Positions 23,281 to 33,880 of a stretch of DNA of 64,000 nt are shown here, in pieces. Source of the DNA: an uncultured Thermococci archaeon (lineage in GTDB: Archaea; Methanobacteriota_B; Thermococci; Methanofastidiosales; B48-G16); contig CAZQQT010000003.1 in the NCBI GenBank assembly GCA_964595645.1, positions 128,001-192,000 on the forward strand. Reading direction: 5' to 3'. The notes under the pieces were generated by a model. That model was given only the letters and a program-made list of their open reading frames with translations, ran no database searches and was not told where the DNA came from. Made by a program: the position numbers and the translations under genes. Position 1 is the first letter of the stretch, and each line of letters opens with the position of its first letter.

Positions 23281-23568
23281 ATGAAAGTGGTAACTTCACG
23301 CATCCCAGAAAAGTACATGAAAGATCTCGAAGAAATCCAAAAAGAAGAGAAAATTGATAGAGCAGAAGCTGTACGTCGGCTTCTCACTGGGGCTATAGCT
23401 GAATGGAAAAAGAAAAAGGCGTTAAAACTTCTTAAAGATCATAAAGTTACGATACGAAAAGCTGCATCGATTGCCGACATAACCTATGTGGAGATGCTGG
23501 AGCTAGCAGAAAAGTGTGATATTGGATACGATTTGGAGGAATTGGAGAAGGACCTGGAGCGGTTCTGA
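23281..23568 (+). CDS. antitoxin (RHH + UPF0175)
   Basis: RHH N-terminus (VVTSRIP..DRAEAVRRLL), VTIRKAASIA; coupled to a PIN gene. Confidence 0.85.
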   Translation: MKVVTSRIPEKYMKDLEEIQKEEKIDRAEAVRRLLTGAIAEWKKKKALKLLKDHKVTIRKAASIADITYVEMLELAEKCDIGYDLEELEKDLERF

Positions 23569-24053
23569 TGCTCGTTGTGGATTCCTGTGTGCTCATCTGC
23601 CTCTCACGAATCGGAAAACTCGATCTCCTGAGAAACGCAGATGAATGTTGCACTACAGAAGAGGTATGTCGGGAGACTGTAATAGAAGGCAAACGAGGGA
23701 GTTCTCAAATTGCTGAGGCGTTTGAACAGTGGCTCGTGAAAAAATCAGTAGATCGTGAGAAGGCAACGGCAATTGCAGAAAAGGAAGGAATTGAACCCGC
23801 AGATGGGACATTGCTCCTATTGGCGGAAAAAATGAAGAGTCCACTCCTCACCAACGATAAAGCGCTGATAACGCTCGCACGATCGAGAGATATAAAAGCA
23901 GTATGGATAACCTCGCTCCTTATAATGCTCTGTAAAGAAGGGGCATATTCGAAGGAGGAAACACTGGAAATGCTGTATAAACTTGTCCAGTCGGGGCTGC
24001 ACATTAGGACAGATGTCTACGCGAGGTTAGAGAGGAAAATTAGAGAATTTTGA
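23568..24053 (+). CDS. PIN-domain toxin (DUF3368/VapC-like)
   Basis: VVDSCVLI.LSRIGKLDLL, EV.RE, LLTNDK. Confidence 0.85.
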   Translation: MLVVDSCVLICLSRIGKLDLLRNADECCTTEEVCRETVIEGKRGSSQIAEAFEQWLVKKSVDREKATAIAEKEGIEPADGTLLLLAEKMKSPLLTNDKALITLARSRDIKAVWITSLLIMLCKEGAYSKEETLEMLYKLVQSGLHIRTDVYARLERKIREF

Positions 24054-24266
24054 GACCAAATCGTTTGTTTTAGTTCTTCAAGTACCAATAATAACAGGCA
24101 AGAACCAAAATTATCAATAATCCAAAAATATAATGCCTTGTTGATTTTCTTGCATTAATCTTTTTGTCAAAGTTTATTGTATCAGACATAAATACCTAGT
24201 AAATAATTAATTAAAACGAAATATAAAGGTTTTTATTTAAATTAGTTTTAATAAATAAAAATATAA

Positions 24267-25785
24267 TTATTTAAGTTCGTTTTCAAAGAATTTCATAAAA
24301 TCCATGAAATTATTGACTTTGTCTGTGAAATAGTGGGCTGTCATAGCTTTTCTAGTAACAACATCCTCATCCTTGTATGGATTGAATCCTATTGCTGCTG
24401 ATATGTAACCGTCGTCTCGAATGCCAATTGTGCTATCGCAGACAAAAAAATATCCATTTTTTTTAGGGTAATATAAATCATCTGTTTGATAAAGTGAAGA
24501 GGGACTAGTATATATATATATTAGCCTTTTCTTTTCTCCATTCTCCATTTCCTAAAGATATTTTTACTAACGTTCTATCGTCCTTTGGAATACCAACAAA
24601 CCAGGAATCGTAATATTTACTGTTTTCCAATTCATCTAAATGTAATTCTATTCTTGGAGTAAGTACACAACCCCAATTGACTTCAACCGTGTCATTCTTT
24701 GTGACTGGTGTTGCATTGTACCATGTTTCTTCCCAAGGGAAACTCCACTCTTTAATACACCAGGTTCCATTTTTTAATGCGTTTAAATATTTTGTCCAGG
24801 CTGAGTCTTTATTACTCCCTGCGTTACATTCTGCAGTTTCTGGCTAATGTGGATAATACTTATCCCTCATTTCCTGAGTGTCCTCTAAGAGATCGAGGAA
24901 ATAGACCTGTGTGCCGTCTTCTGTTATCCTTACTATATCGCCTGGAAGGTAGAATGCCACAGGATTTGTTCTCATAGATATTAATTTTCTTGAATTTTCT
25001 TTAACAAATAATTTATCATACACAGTTCCATAGAATTCATTGTCCTTTTCATTGTAAAGCAATTTGTAAATGTCTAATTTTTCTTCAGGTTTTAGATTAA
25101 ACCTTTCTATTTGTCTGTTTTCAGAAAGTCTTTCAACCAAATCATCTTCATAATTTTCAACTGACCTATCTTTGAAAATTGCATTGAAAAGTTGATGATC
25201 TATGTTTCCCGTTACAAATTCATCTTTACTGTTTATCTTGTTATCTTGGGTAAGGTAGTCAAGAATTAATTCTCCTTTCTCTTCTTGTTCTAAAGTATTT
25301 AAAATGTTTAAAGCAGAATCCTTTCCAGTTATCTTCCTTAAATTAACTAGACCTCTAAGAGAAAAGTTATCATCGTATTTATCCATAAATGCTCCTACTT
25401 TAAACTCGTCGGAATTTTCAAACATGTATTCTTTATGTTCTTCTATGTTAGGATTTTTAGTGTGGAAAGACCAATAAGTGTTTAAATTTTCTAAATTTTC
25501 ATCTGATATTGTTTTTGCAAATTCAAATAAAGAAGGATCTTTGTTTAACAATTCAGCATATTTTAATTCTTTTTCATTTAATTCTCCGTTTTCATCATAA
25601 TTTTGTATAATTTTTACTATTTCTGGTGTTAAATTATTATATTCTGACAAATTTTCTTTTAGTGGTTGTGTAGTTGTTGGTGGAGCTGTTGTAGTTGGCT
25701 CTGGTGTGGTAGTTGGTGTCTCCTCCTGCGAGATGCAGAGGGAGGTGAGTACCAGTGAGAGAACAATGAAGGCTTTCAGCTTCAT
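24267..25785 (-). pseudogene. disrupted AT-rich lipoprotein gene (about 505 codons) with an in-frame TAG at 24844-24846 and a frameshift in the (TA)n tract at about 24509-24521
   Basis: Lipoprotein-like leader MKLKAFIVLSLVLTSLC plus a T/P linker. The frame stays open about 112 codons past the TAG, then continues in ORF 24267-24548. Confidence 0.7.
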
Positions 25786-25826
25786 ACCAAAAGCATCGAT
25801 TTTTTGGTTTAAATAGGTTGGGGTCA

Positions 25827-28529
25827 CTATCCTGTCACCGAATTCCACAGCTGCCCTACTACCAATGGGAAAACGCTAAATCCAAAAACGAGCATCCACC
25901 CAGTCATCCCCGGATCCACTGTCTTGAGCACCATGGAGAGGCCGGGAAGGTAGGTGGCAAGCAGGAGTAGTACACCACAGAGAAGAAGGGCCCCCCATAC
26001 ATATGGGTTCGTCGTAATCTCATTTTTTAGGAGGGGTGAGCCTCTGTTCCGCATGTTGAACACATGCCATAATTGTGAGAAGGCCAGTGTCAAAAATGAA
26101 ATGGTCACAACCTGTGTCTCCGGCATCTTGTACCAGAATAGTGCTATGGAGAATGCACTCAGCACTGCTATTGTGATGATCATTCCGTAGACACCTATTC
26201 TCTCCCAGTGGTTCCGGGTAAGAATGGACTCCTTGGGATCCCGGGGAGGAACGTTCATGATGTTTGGACTACCTTTCCCACCGCTGAGGGCAAATGCAGG
26301 GAATATATCGGTGACTACATTCAGGAAGAGGATTTGAAGCGGAAGAATCGGTAACGGTACACCCATAAGCGATGCCAAGAATATCACAAGTATCTCGCTG
26401 ATATTGCATGAGAGCAAATAAAATACGAACTTTCGAATATTGTTGAAGATAATTCGCCCCTGTTCTACTGCCATCTCAATGGTGGAAAAGTTGTCATCCC
26501 GGAGAATGATGTCAGCGGCTTCCCGTGCTACCTGTGTACCCCGTTGCCCCATGGCTACGCCAATATCTGCCTTGTTGAGGGCTGGAGCATCGTTCACACC
26601 GTCCCCTGTCATTGCTACGATGGAGCCGGCTGTTTGATGGATATCAATGAGATTGAGCTTTTGTGCTGGACTCACTCTGGCGAATATTGGTGCACGGAGG
26701 ATTTCCCCTTGTTCTTCTTCTGTTAGTGACTTTATCTCTTCCAGTACCCTCCCGTCCAACACCTCGATCTCTTCCGTTTCAATGAGTCCTACCTCACGAC
26801 CGATGGTGCGTGCAGTCGCGGCGTGGTCGCCGGTTACCATGACCACACGGATACCTGCTGCTTGACACGCATCTATCGCTGGACGGACCTCTCTTCGGGG
26901 CGGATCTAACAGCCCTATAAGCCCTATAAATGTAAGATCGTGGTAGGGATCCTCATCGATATTATTTATGTCTTTTCTTGCTACTGCTAGAACTCTTAGT
27001 CCATCAGATGCCAGCTCTTCATTTATACTTTCCCAACGTGTTTTTTCTTTGTCGGTCAGCTTCTTCTTCTCGTTATCAGTATGAATTTGCGTACACACTT
27101 CAAGCACGGCCTCAGGTGCACCCTTCACGGCAACGATATGCTGTTCATCTGCCTTGTGGAAGGTCGCCATCATTTTTACAGCGGGATCAAAGGACTCTTC
27201 TCTCACTTCTGGGTACGTCGTCACTATGGTATCTCTCTTAATACCGGCCTTTTCACCCGCAACGAGCAGTGCCACCTCCATGGGATCTCCCACAGCCTGA
27301 AGTTCATCAGCGTGGGACAATGAAGCGTTGTTGCACAACACGCCATTGATCAGTATCTCATAAAGTGCAGTATTAGTTTCCGGGTCTATCTCTTGTTCTT
27401 CCAATGTAAAGACGCCTTCGAGCTCCAGTCCTGTTCCACTCACTGAGATTCTACCTTCATCAACGACAATGTCCGTCACGGTCATTTTATTCTCGGTGAG
27501 TGTACCTGTTTTGTCTGTACAGATGACGCTGGTTGATCCGAGTGTTTCCACCGCTGAAAGTCTGTTCACCAGCGCATTCTGATTGGCCATCTTCCACATT
27601 CCTCGTGCGAGTGCCATGGTGGCGACAATAGGAAGTCCTTCCGGTACAGTGGCCACAGCAAGGGCTATTGCTGTCTCAATCATTTGAAAGATATCCTTTC
27701 CTTGAACTATCCCACTCACAGCAACAACGCCGGCAATGGCAAGGGTGACCCAGACCAGTTTCTGCCCCAGTGTTTCCAGCCGCTTTTCAAGTGGGGTTTT
27801 TTCCTCTTTTTGTGCCTCTTCTACCAGCGATGAGATCTTTCCTAGCTCAGTATCCATCCCTGTCGCAACGACGACTCCTTCCGCGGTACCCCGGGTAAGC
27901 GCCGTGCCCTTGTAAAGCATATTATGCCGATCAGCCAGCGGTACGTCCTCTGCAATTGGTTCTACCTGTTTGCTCACGGGGACAGACTCACCGGTGAGCG
28001 AAGACTCGTCTACTTGGAGTTTTGATGTCTCTATCAACCGCATATCTGCGGTGATAACATCTCCTGCTTCCAATACAACGATATCGCCGGGCACAATATC
28101 TTCTGCAGACACTTTTTTGACCGTTCCTTCCCTTCTCACTTCATCCGTTATCTCAGTGAGTGTGTAAAGTGCCTCCATCGATTTAATCGCTCTGTACTCA
28201 GTATAAAAACCTATTATTGAGTTGATCACAATCACTATGGCAATGGCAATGCCCTCTATCCACTCTCCAAAAAGGAAAGAGACCCCGGTAGCAACTGTAA
28301 GTAAGATCACCAGTATACTCTTAAACTGGTTGATCAGGATTTCCACAGCACTCTTTTTTTCTGCTTTTCTGAGTGTGTTAGGTCCAAACTGCTGCTTTCT
28401 GCGTTCGATTTCTTTTTGTTCCAGTCCTTTTTCTCTATCCACATCTAAAATATGTAGTACTTTGTCGGGTGGGAGTTTCCAGAATTCCTTTGAAGGAACG
28501 TCTCGAGGGATACCTGCAGCTCTTTCCAT
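25827..28529 (-). CDS. cation-transporting P-type ATPase (type IIA, Ca2+-like)
   Basis: LTGES, PEGL, DKTGTLT, KGAPE, TGDGVND. Confidence 0.96.
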   Translation of the reverse strand: MERAAGIPRDVPSKEFWKLPPDKVLHILDVDREKGLEQKEIERRKQQFGPNTLRKAEKKSAVEILINQFKSILVILLTVATGVSFLFGEWIEGIAIAIVIVINSIIGFYTEYRAIKSMEALYTLTEITDEVRREGTVKKVSAEDIVPGDIVVLEAGDVITADMRLIETSKLQVDESSLTGESVPVSKQVEPIAEDVPLADRHNMLYKGTALTRGTAEGVVVATGMDTELGKISSLVEEAQKEEKTPLEKRLETLGQKLVWVTLAIAGVVAVSGIVQGKDIFQMIETAIALAVATVPEGLPIVATMALARGMWKMANQNALVNRLSAVETLGSTSVICTDKTGTLTENKMTVTDIVVDEGRISVSGTGLELEGVFTLEEQEIDPETNTALYEILINGVLCNNASLSHADELQAVGDPMEVALLVAGEKAGIKRDTIVTTYPEVREESFDPAVKMMATFHKADEQHIVAVKGAPEAVLEVCTQIHTDNEKKKLTDKEKTRWESINEELASDGLRVLAVARKDINNIDEDPYHDLTFIGLIGLLDPPRREVRPAIDACQAAGIRVVMVTGDHAATARTIGREVGLIETEEIEVLDGRVLEEIKSLTEEEQGEILRAPIFARVSPAQKLNLIDIHQTAGSIVAMTGDGVNDAPALNKADIGVAMGQRGTQVAREAADIILRDDNFSTIEMAVEQGRIIFNNIRKFVFYLLSCNISEILVIFLASLMGVPLPILPLQILFLNVVTDIFPAFALSGGKGSPNIMNVPPRDPKESILTRNHWERIGVYGMIITIAVLSAFSIALFWYKMPETQVVTISFLTLAFSQLWHVFNMRNRGSPLLKNEITTNPYVWGALLLCGVLLLLATYLPGLSMVLKTVDPGMTGWMLVFGFSVFPLVVGQLWNSVTG

Positions 28530-28657
28530 GGAGATTACCTGTAGTGTATGAGAAATCGTGGAGTAAAGTACTTAAATATTATGGGGGTCATGCTCGATAT
28601 ACTACAGCCATCACGGGCTGTCCAAACCAATATAAATCTGATTGCATATGAGGAAGT

Positions 28658-29308
28658 ATGATACAAGCTGTGCTCTTCGATCTGGACGATACACTTCACA
28701 ACTCGACAGCGCTCTCCGCTCGTGCACGAAAGGCCGCACTGCGAGCTATGAGAGGAGAAGGACTTGATATTAATGTGGAAAAAGGCTACATGGAGCTCAT
28801 GGAGATCGTAAGAAAATACGGAAGCAATTACCCTCACCACCTCGATCGTTTTCTCGAAAGGAAGCTGGGACACGTGGACCACAAACTTCTCGCCTCGGCG
28901 GTGATAGCATACCACAATACAAAATTTGCGTATATACGCCCCTTTGACGACGCTGTTCCCACACTCATAGAACTTGCTCGATGGGGGAAAACCATGGGCA
29001 TTGTGACTAACGGCGTCGCAATCAAACAGTGGGAGAAGATCTTGAGACTCGGGCTTGAGCATTTCTTTGCATCCGTAGTAGTGTCCTCTGAGGTACAGTG
29101 CGAGAAACCCTCGCCAAAAATCTATAAGACAGCACTGGAGCAGCTGGATGTTCCTCCAGAGGAGGCAATGATGGTTGACAACAATCCTCGTGATCTACAA
29201 GGTGCAGAGAAGATAGGCATGCACACGGTACTCATGGCCAGAGTAAAAGATGCAGAGTTCTCGCCCAAAATTAAAACACTGAGCGAACTGTTAGATCTCA
29301 TCGATTAA
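28658..29308 (+). CDS. HAD-superfamily hydrolase (TIGR02253-like)
   Basis: FDLDDTL, VTNG..KQWEKILRL, KP..IY. Confidence 0.9.
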   Translation: MIQAVLFDLDDTLHNSTALSARARKAALRAMRGEGLDINVEKGYMELMEIVRKYGSNYPHHLDRFLERKLGHVDHKLLASAVIAYHNTKFAYIRPFDDAVPTLIELARWGKTMGIVTNGVAIKQWEKILRLGLEHFFASVVVSSEVQCEKPSPKIYKTALEQLDVPPEEAMMVDNNPRDLQGAEKIGMHTVLMARVKDAEFSPKIKTLSELLDLID

Positions 29309-29628
29309 TCCTGCAGAATACCCTCTTTTCGGATTTTTTTACATAAACTACAGAGTGATTCTTGGTAATCTCCCCCTTCAGCTATTTTTTTGGCTATTTC
29401 TTGCGATCTTTTCTTTATACGCGGGAATCGATCGATAATTTCTCTTTTTTTCCCTCGAGTTTTTTGGATATACTGGCTTACCGAAGCCTGCGTCACTCCT
29501 ATTTTTTCGGCTATCTCTGTCTGGGTAAAGTTATACTTATTGTACAGAATGTACACTATTTCAGATTTTACCGAGGGCACGATTTCTTTGATCACTACTT
29601 CGCACGGAAGTTTTGTAGGTTCACTCAT
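29305..29628 (-). CDS. HTH transcriptional regulator (COG2522-like)
   Basis: PCE..P, TQTEIAEKIGVTQASVSQY..RG, CxxC. Confidence 0.85.
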   Translation of the reverse strand: MSEPTKLPCEVVIKEIVPSVKSEIVYILYNKYNFTQTEIAEKIGVTQASVSQYIQKTRGKKREIIDRFPRIKKRSQEIAKKIAEGGDYQESLCSLCKKIRKEGILQD

Positions 29629-29681
29629 ATAACAATGTTATATCTCGAAAGCTTAATAAAGGTTTCTTTTGAAATGTGATT

Positions 29682-30578
29682 ATGATCCGGGATAATATTC
29701 TGGAGCTGAAGGAAACAGAAGACCTTGTAATTCTCGCTCACAACTACCAAATACCAGAAATTCAGGAAGTAGCTGATTTTATCGGTGATTCATTGGAGCT
29801 ATGCCGAACTTCTCAGAATACAGACGCTAAACATATCGTATTTTGCGGTGTTGATTTCATGGCGGAGACGGCTGCAATCCTGAATCCGGACAAAACTGTG
29901 CTTATGCCGGACATTACATCGAAATGCCCCATGGCTCAAATGCTTCCGGGCAAAAGAATAGAGGAGGCACGGGAAAAATATCCTGACGCAGCGGTAGCCG
30001 TTTACGTCAACACGCTGGCAGAAGCTAAGGCGGAAGCTGATATCACATTCACCTCTGCAAACTCCGTGAAAGTTGTCAATTCGCTAGAAGAAGACGAGGT
30101 ACTTTTTGGACCGGATAAGAACATTGCGTGGTACGTTCAGCATCATACAGAAAAGAAAATAATCCCACTTCCCAAGTTCGGACACTGTAGAGTTCACGAA
30201 CATAAAATCTCCAAAAAAAATATACTAGATCTAAAGGAACAACATCCTGACGCGCTTATTCTGGCACATCCAGAGTGCAATCCCGAAGTACAGAAGATAG
30301 CCGACCATCTCTGCTCAACATCACAGATGCTTGAAAAGGCAGGTCTCGATAATAACGAGTTTATTATAGGAACAGAGAAAGAAATGTGCTACCGGTTAAG
30401 AAAGGAACACCCTGATAAGGAGTTCTACTGTATTGAAAATGCTGTGTGTACCAATATGAAAAAACATACGCTTCCAAAGTTGTACAAGGTAATGAAAAAC
30501 AAGAACAACATTGTAACAGTAGATCCGAAGATAGCTAGAAGGGCGAAGAAGGCGATAGAACGAATGCTGGCGTTATGA
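29682..30578 (+). CDS. nadA: quinolinate synthase
   Basis: ILAHNYQ, GDSLEL, FCGVDFMAE, CPMA, YVNT, HPEC. Confidence 0.97.
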   Translation: MIRDNILELKETEDLVILAHNYQIPEIQEVADFIGDSLELCRTSQNTDAKHIVFCGVDFMAETAAILNPDKTVLMPDITSKCPMAQMLPGKRIEEAREKYPDAAVAVYVNTLAEAKAEADITFTSANSVKVVNSLEEDEVLFGPDKNIAWYVQHHTEKKIIPLPKFGHCRVHEHKISKKNILDLKEQHPDALILAHPECNPEVQKIADHLCSTSQMLEKAGLDNNEFIIGTEKEMCYRLRKEHPDKEFYCIENAVCTNMKKHTLPKLYKVMKNKNNIVTVDPKIARRAKKAIERMLAL

Positions 30579-31862
30579 GCTCTTTTTTCTGCGCATGTAG
30601 TACACAAGTGGATTTGCTATTCCTCTGTAACGCACTATCTTATTGTTGGTGAGGATACGCAGCTGTTTTTTAATCTCATTTTTCGAATGATCCAGCTGAG
30701 AATCCAGCTCCTCGAGGGTATCACACTCCTGCAGAGCCTTGAGAATTTCCTCGCCCAGACTTGTTCCCTCTCTTTTTTTTGCTGCTTCAATAAGATTAGA
30801 AGCCTTTTCTCTATCTGCAATTTGATAGAATTTTGTTCTGCAGAAGCTATCCGGCTTACATAGTGAAGGTGCGTTCTCCTGTATTTTTGCACAGTTTGGA
30901 GGAAGGTACCACTTAGATTTTCCAAAGTCGTTCATGGTGGGAGACGACGTGAGTCCAAATCCCAGATGATAAAACACGTTCTGTTTCTCTATCGGTTGAT
31001 CCTTAAAAAGAGGAGGATCGCATCTCCCCCCGGCCTCGAGTATCATAGGAATTACCTCATTAAGGAGAATCTCTATCTCCTTTTCTCGAAGTTCTACATT
31101 GAAATTCCTATCAAAGATCTTTGTTGAAGGGAAAATACGTGCATAAGAGAGGAAAGACGTCAGGAGGACTGTGATTGCGTAGTTTCGTGTCCCTGACGAT
31201 ACACCGTTGAGTGCTCTATTGACGCATGGGGGGAACTTATTCGATGAAAGCTCTTCCGTAATTTTCACAGGCGCAGAGTAAAACTGAATGGCATTGAATA
31301 TTTTTTTATGAAGGGGGTGATCCGCCTTTTTTATTGCTTCTGAAATATCGACCATATACCTCTTTATCTTCTTGCCCAGTACATCGACGTAGACTCTCGC
31401 AAGATCGTACTTTGAAAGATGAATCTTCCCATTGTAGATATATTCCTCCACTGGATCGATTACATCATATACTTCATGCCAATCCAGCATGTACTCCGGT
31501 TCTGCATTTTTTAGTGATCGCAATCGATATCTGTCCTCACCGCTGAGGTTAGAGGGCTCTATGTCGATAAGTTCTCTCATGGCGGCTATATCAGGAGTTA
31601 TCTCAAGGCGCTTTTTGATGGTCTGCTTGAGGATATTTATTGATTGAAATGCTTTTTGTGAGTGGGGGGAGAGTGCGAGACTCTGGCATACTAAAAAGAA
31701 TGAGACAATATCTTCCTCGTCATCGAGGGTAATATAAGGATCTGGATTTTTCTTGAATTTCATGATTCTATCAATGGACAGCCTCACGGTTTTTTGGGGG
31801 ATGGTACCAAGATCGACATCCAAATACTGCTGATACTCTTCTCTAAAGGGATTGATGATCAT
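30573..31862 (-). CDS. priL: DNA primase large subunit
   Basis: FPPC..G.RNYAITVLLTSFLSYAR, YLPPNC..LCKPD..C, NPL.YY. Confidence 0.88.
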   Translation of the reverse strand: MIINPFREEYQQYLDVDLGTIPQKTVRLSIDRIMKFKKNPDPYITLDDEEDIVSFFLVCQSLALSPHSQKAFQSINILKQTIKKRLEITPDIAAMRELIDIEPSNLSGEDRYRLRSLKNAEPEYMLDWHEVYDVIDPVEEYIYNGKIHLSKYDLARVYVDVLGKKIKRYMVDISEAIKKADHPLHKKIFNAIQFYSAPVKITEELSSNKFPPCVNRALNGVSSGTRNYAITVLLTSFLSYARIFPSTKIFDRNFNVELREKEIEILLNEVIPMILEAGGRCDPPLFKDQPIEKQNVFYHLGFGLTSSPTMNDFGKSKWYLPPNCAKIQENAPSLCKPDSFCRTKFYQIADREKASNLIEAAKKREGTSLGEEILKALQECDTLEELDSQLDHSKNEIKKQLRILTNNKIVRYRGIANPLVYYMRRKKSS

Positions 31863-32734
31863 CCGCTCATCTCCTCGATTATCGAGAGGTTCGCATAAGC
31901 GAGACTATCCAGATCGTAGCCTCCTTCCAGTACTGCACCAAGAGGATACTCATTGATCTTCTCAATGAATGTTCCATACACTTCTGTTGAGAGGTTCAGT
32001 CCTGATAAGGGATCCTTTCTATGAGCATCTTGGCCTGCGGAGATTAATATGCAGTCAGGATCGTATTCCTCTATCTCCCGCACCACAATGTTATCAAAGA
32101 TCCGAAGATACTCGCTGTCTCCTGTTCCGTCGGGTACGGGGATGTTCAGTGTAAATCCCTCTCCTTTTCCTTTTCCTCTCTCAACTTCATAGCCTGTCAG
32201 AGGGTAAATACTTTTTTGATGAATTGAAAGGTAATAGACCCAATCAATGTCGTAAAAGGCTTCCTGCGTTCCGTCCCCATGATGACAATCCCAGTCCAGA
32301 ATGAATACTCTCTCCATTCCATGTTTCTTGAGGTGCCAGGCTGTAATCGCAACATTGTTGAGATAACAGAACCCCCCTCCATGTGTTCTACACGTGTGAT
32401 GCCCAGGAGGCCTGTTCAGTGCGAATGCGTTCTCCCCATGTAACAGTGCATCGCCTACACTCAACGCGCAGAAGGCGGATAGAACAGCGATCTCATAGGT
32501 GTTGTCCTGTACCACTGTATCAGCAGTCATGTAGCCTCTTGAGCATCTCAACCGATGTAGATACCCTTCATCGTGTACCTTCTGGAATATCTGCTCATCA
32601 AATCGTTTTGGTACTTCTGTAGGTACTCCATGCTCATCCAGGACTTCTTTCGATCGTTCGACCCTCTCCTTCCGTTCTGCATGGGAGCCCTCAGGTATGT
32701 GATTGCGCATCCCCTCATCGTAAAAAACCCTCAT
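31859..32734 (-). CDS. Zn-dependent histone-deacetylase-family amidohydrolase
   Basis: RPPGHH, GFCYLNN, DWDCHHGDGTQ, SAG.D, EGGY. Confidence 0.93.
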   Translation of the reverse strand: MRVFYDEGMRNHIPEGSHAERKERVERSKEVLDEHGVPTEVPKRFDEQIFQKVHDEGYLHRLRCSRGYMTADTVVQDNTYEIAVLSAFCALSVGDALLHGENAFALNRPPGHHTCRTHGGGFCYLNNVAITAWHLKKHGMERVFILDWDCHHGDGTQEAFYDIDWVYYLSIHQKSIYPLTGYEVERGKGKGEGFTLNIPVPDGTGDSEYLRIFDNIVVREIEEYDPDCILISAGQDAHRKDPLSGLNLSTEVYGTFIEKINEYPLGAVLEGGYDLDSLAYANLSIIEEMSG

Positions 32735-32806
32735 ACTATCAATATTCCTTTTTCTGTTAAAATAAGTGTTGGAAACTATTTCTAGCAATCTTCTCTAATA
32801 AAATTG

Positions 32807-33328
32807 CTATACATACCCCCCAAACTCTTGATGCATTTTCAAAAAGCGTTTTATAGACTTTTCATTATCTATCCTGTCTTTAAAATGCTCCAAAGCTTGT
32901 TCAAAGGAGACAATTTTGCTGTCCATTACTAAATTATCTACATAAGCAATAAGTTTTTCTTCTTTAGTTTGGGGAAGATAGTTCCCCCTTGGGAGTCCAA
33001 GTTTTTCAGCCTCTTTTTTGTCGATTCCAGCGCCTAAATGATTTTTGCATACACGAATGTATATTGGATCTACATTGTACCTTTCCAAAATTTTCGCCCC
33101 TTCAATACCGTGGAATACAGAGTTTGTTTCACATCGGCCGATATCATGGAGTAATGCCCCAATTTTGACGGCATGTTCATCTATATTGCCAGCATTTTCA
33201 TTCATACGTCGGGCTATTCGTACCGCGTGAACACTGACGGTCTGTACATGCCTAATCACATCCTCAGAACAGCCTTCTCTCTCCAGTAGTTCCAGTGCGT
33301 CCTTCTTTCGCATCTTATTTTTCCCCAT
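32807..33328 (-). CDS. HD-domain protein (TIGR00295-like)
   Basis: ALLHDIGR, H.GAGI; conserved position downstream of tfe. Confidence 0.88.
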   Translation of the reverse strand: MGKNKMRKKDALELLEREGCSEDVIRHVQTVSVHAVRIARRMNENAGNIDEHAVKIGALLHDIGRCETNSVFHGIEGAKILERYNVDPIYIRVCKNHLGAGIDKKEAEKLGLPRGNYLPQTKEEKLIAYVDNLVMDSKIVSFEQALEHFKDRIDNEKSIKRFLKMHQEFGGYV

Positions 33329-33851
33329 TGTTTTCTTTTTTTCTTTCTTCGAGTTCCTCTATCTGCAATTTCAATGTTTTTATTAATTCGGAGTTGTCAT
33401 AATACTCAAGATCTTCGTCACAGTCGGGACATGTAAATTCAAGCTCTTCTGCCTCTGAAAACGTGTATCTGTTACAGGAGTTCTTACAGGAAAAGAACAT
33501 ATTTTCTTCTTCGTACTCAAGTGTCTCCTTCAGATGTTGAATATAATCGCTCTCAATGGAGTTCAGGATCTTTGGTGCGTTTTCCAGATTGAGTTTCCAA
33601 TGGTACACGTACCACCCGGTATTTTCATCCCGGGTCCGTTTGTATGTGGCCAGTCTGTTATCATAAAGTCTATACAGAACTCTTCTCACAACATTCACTC
33701 GTAAATCTAACTCTTCCGCGATCTCCTCATCTGTCGCTTCTTTATTTGCAATGTAGGACGCAATTTCTACACCGCCTTTTCCTAAAAGATCCTCTAAGAA
33801 CTCCCGTATCGCTGGATCTTGATCTTTCATTGTGGTCACCTTGGATTGCAT
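33315..33851 (-). CDS. tfe: transcription factor E alpha
   Basis: TDEEIAE..VRRVLYRL..TGWY.Y.W, Zn ribbon CPDC. Confidence 0.95.
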   Translation of the reverse strand: MQSKVTTMKDQDPAIREFLEDLLGKGGVEIASYIANKEATDEEIAEELDLRVNVVRRVLYRLYDNRLATYKRTRDENTGWYVYHWKLNLENAPKILNSIESDYIQHLKETLEYEEENMFFSCKNSCNRYTFSEAEELEFTCPDCDEDLEYYDNSELIKTLKLQIEELEERKKENNGEK

Positions 33852-33880
33852 CTTATTTACTATATTTCTTTTTATTAGTT

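Noticed and set aside
24844-24846. Pyrrolysine readthrough of the in-frame TAG
   Set aside because: The same gene has a second lesion, no pyl genes are in the window, and TAG is used as an ordinary stop elsewhere.
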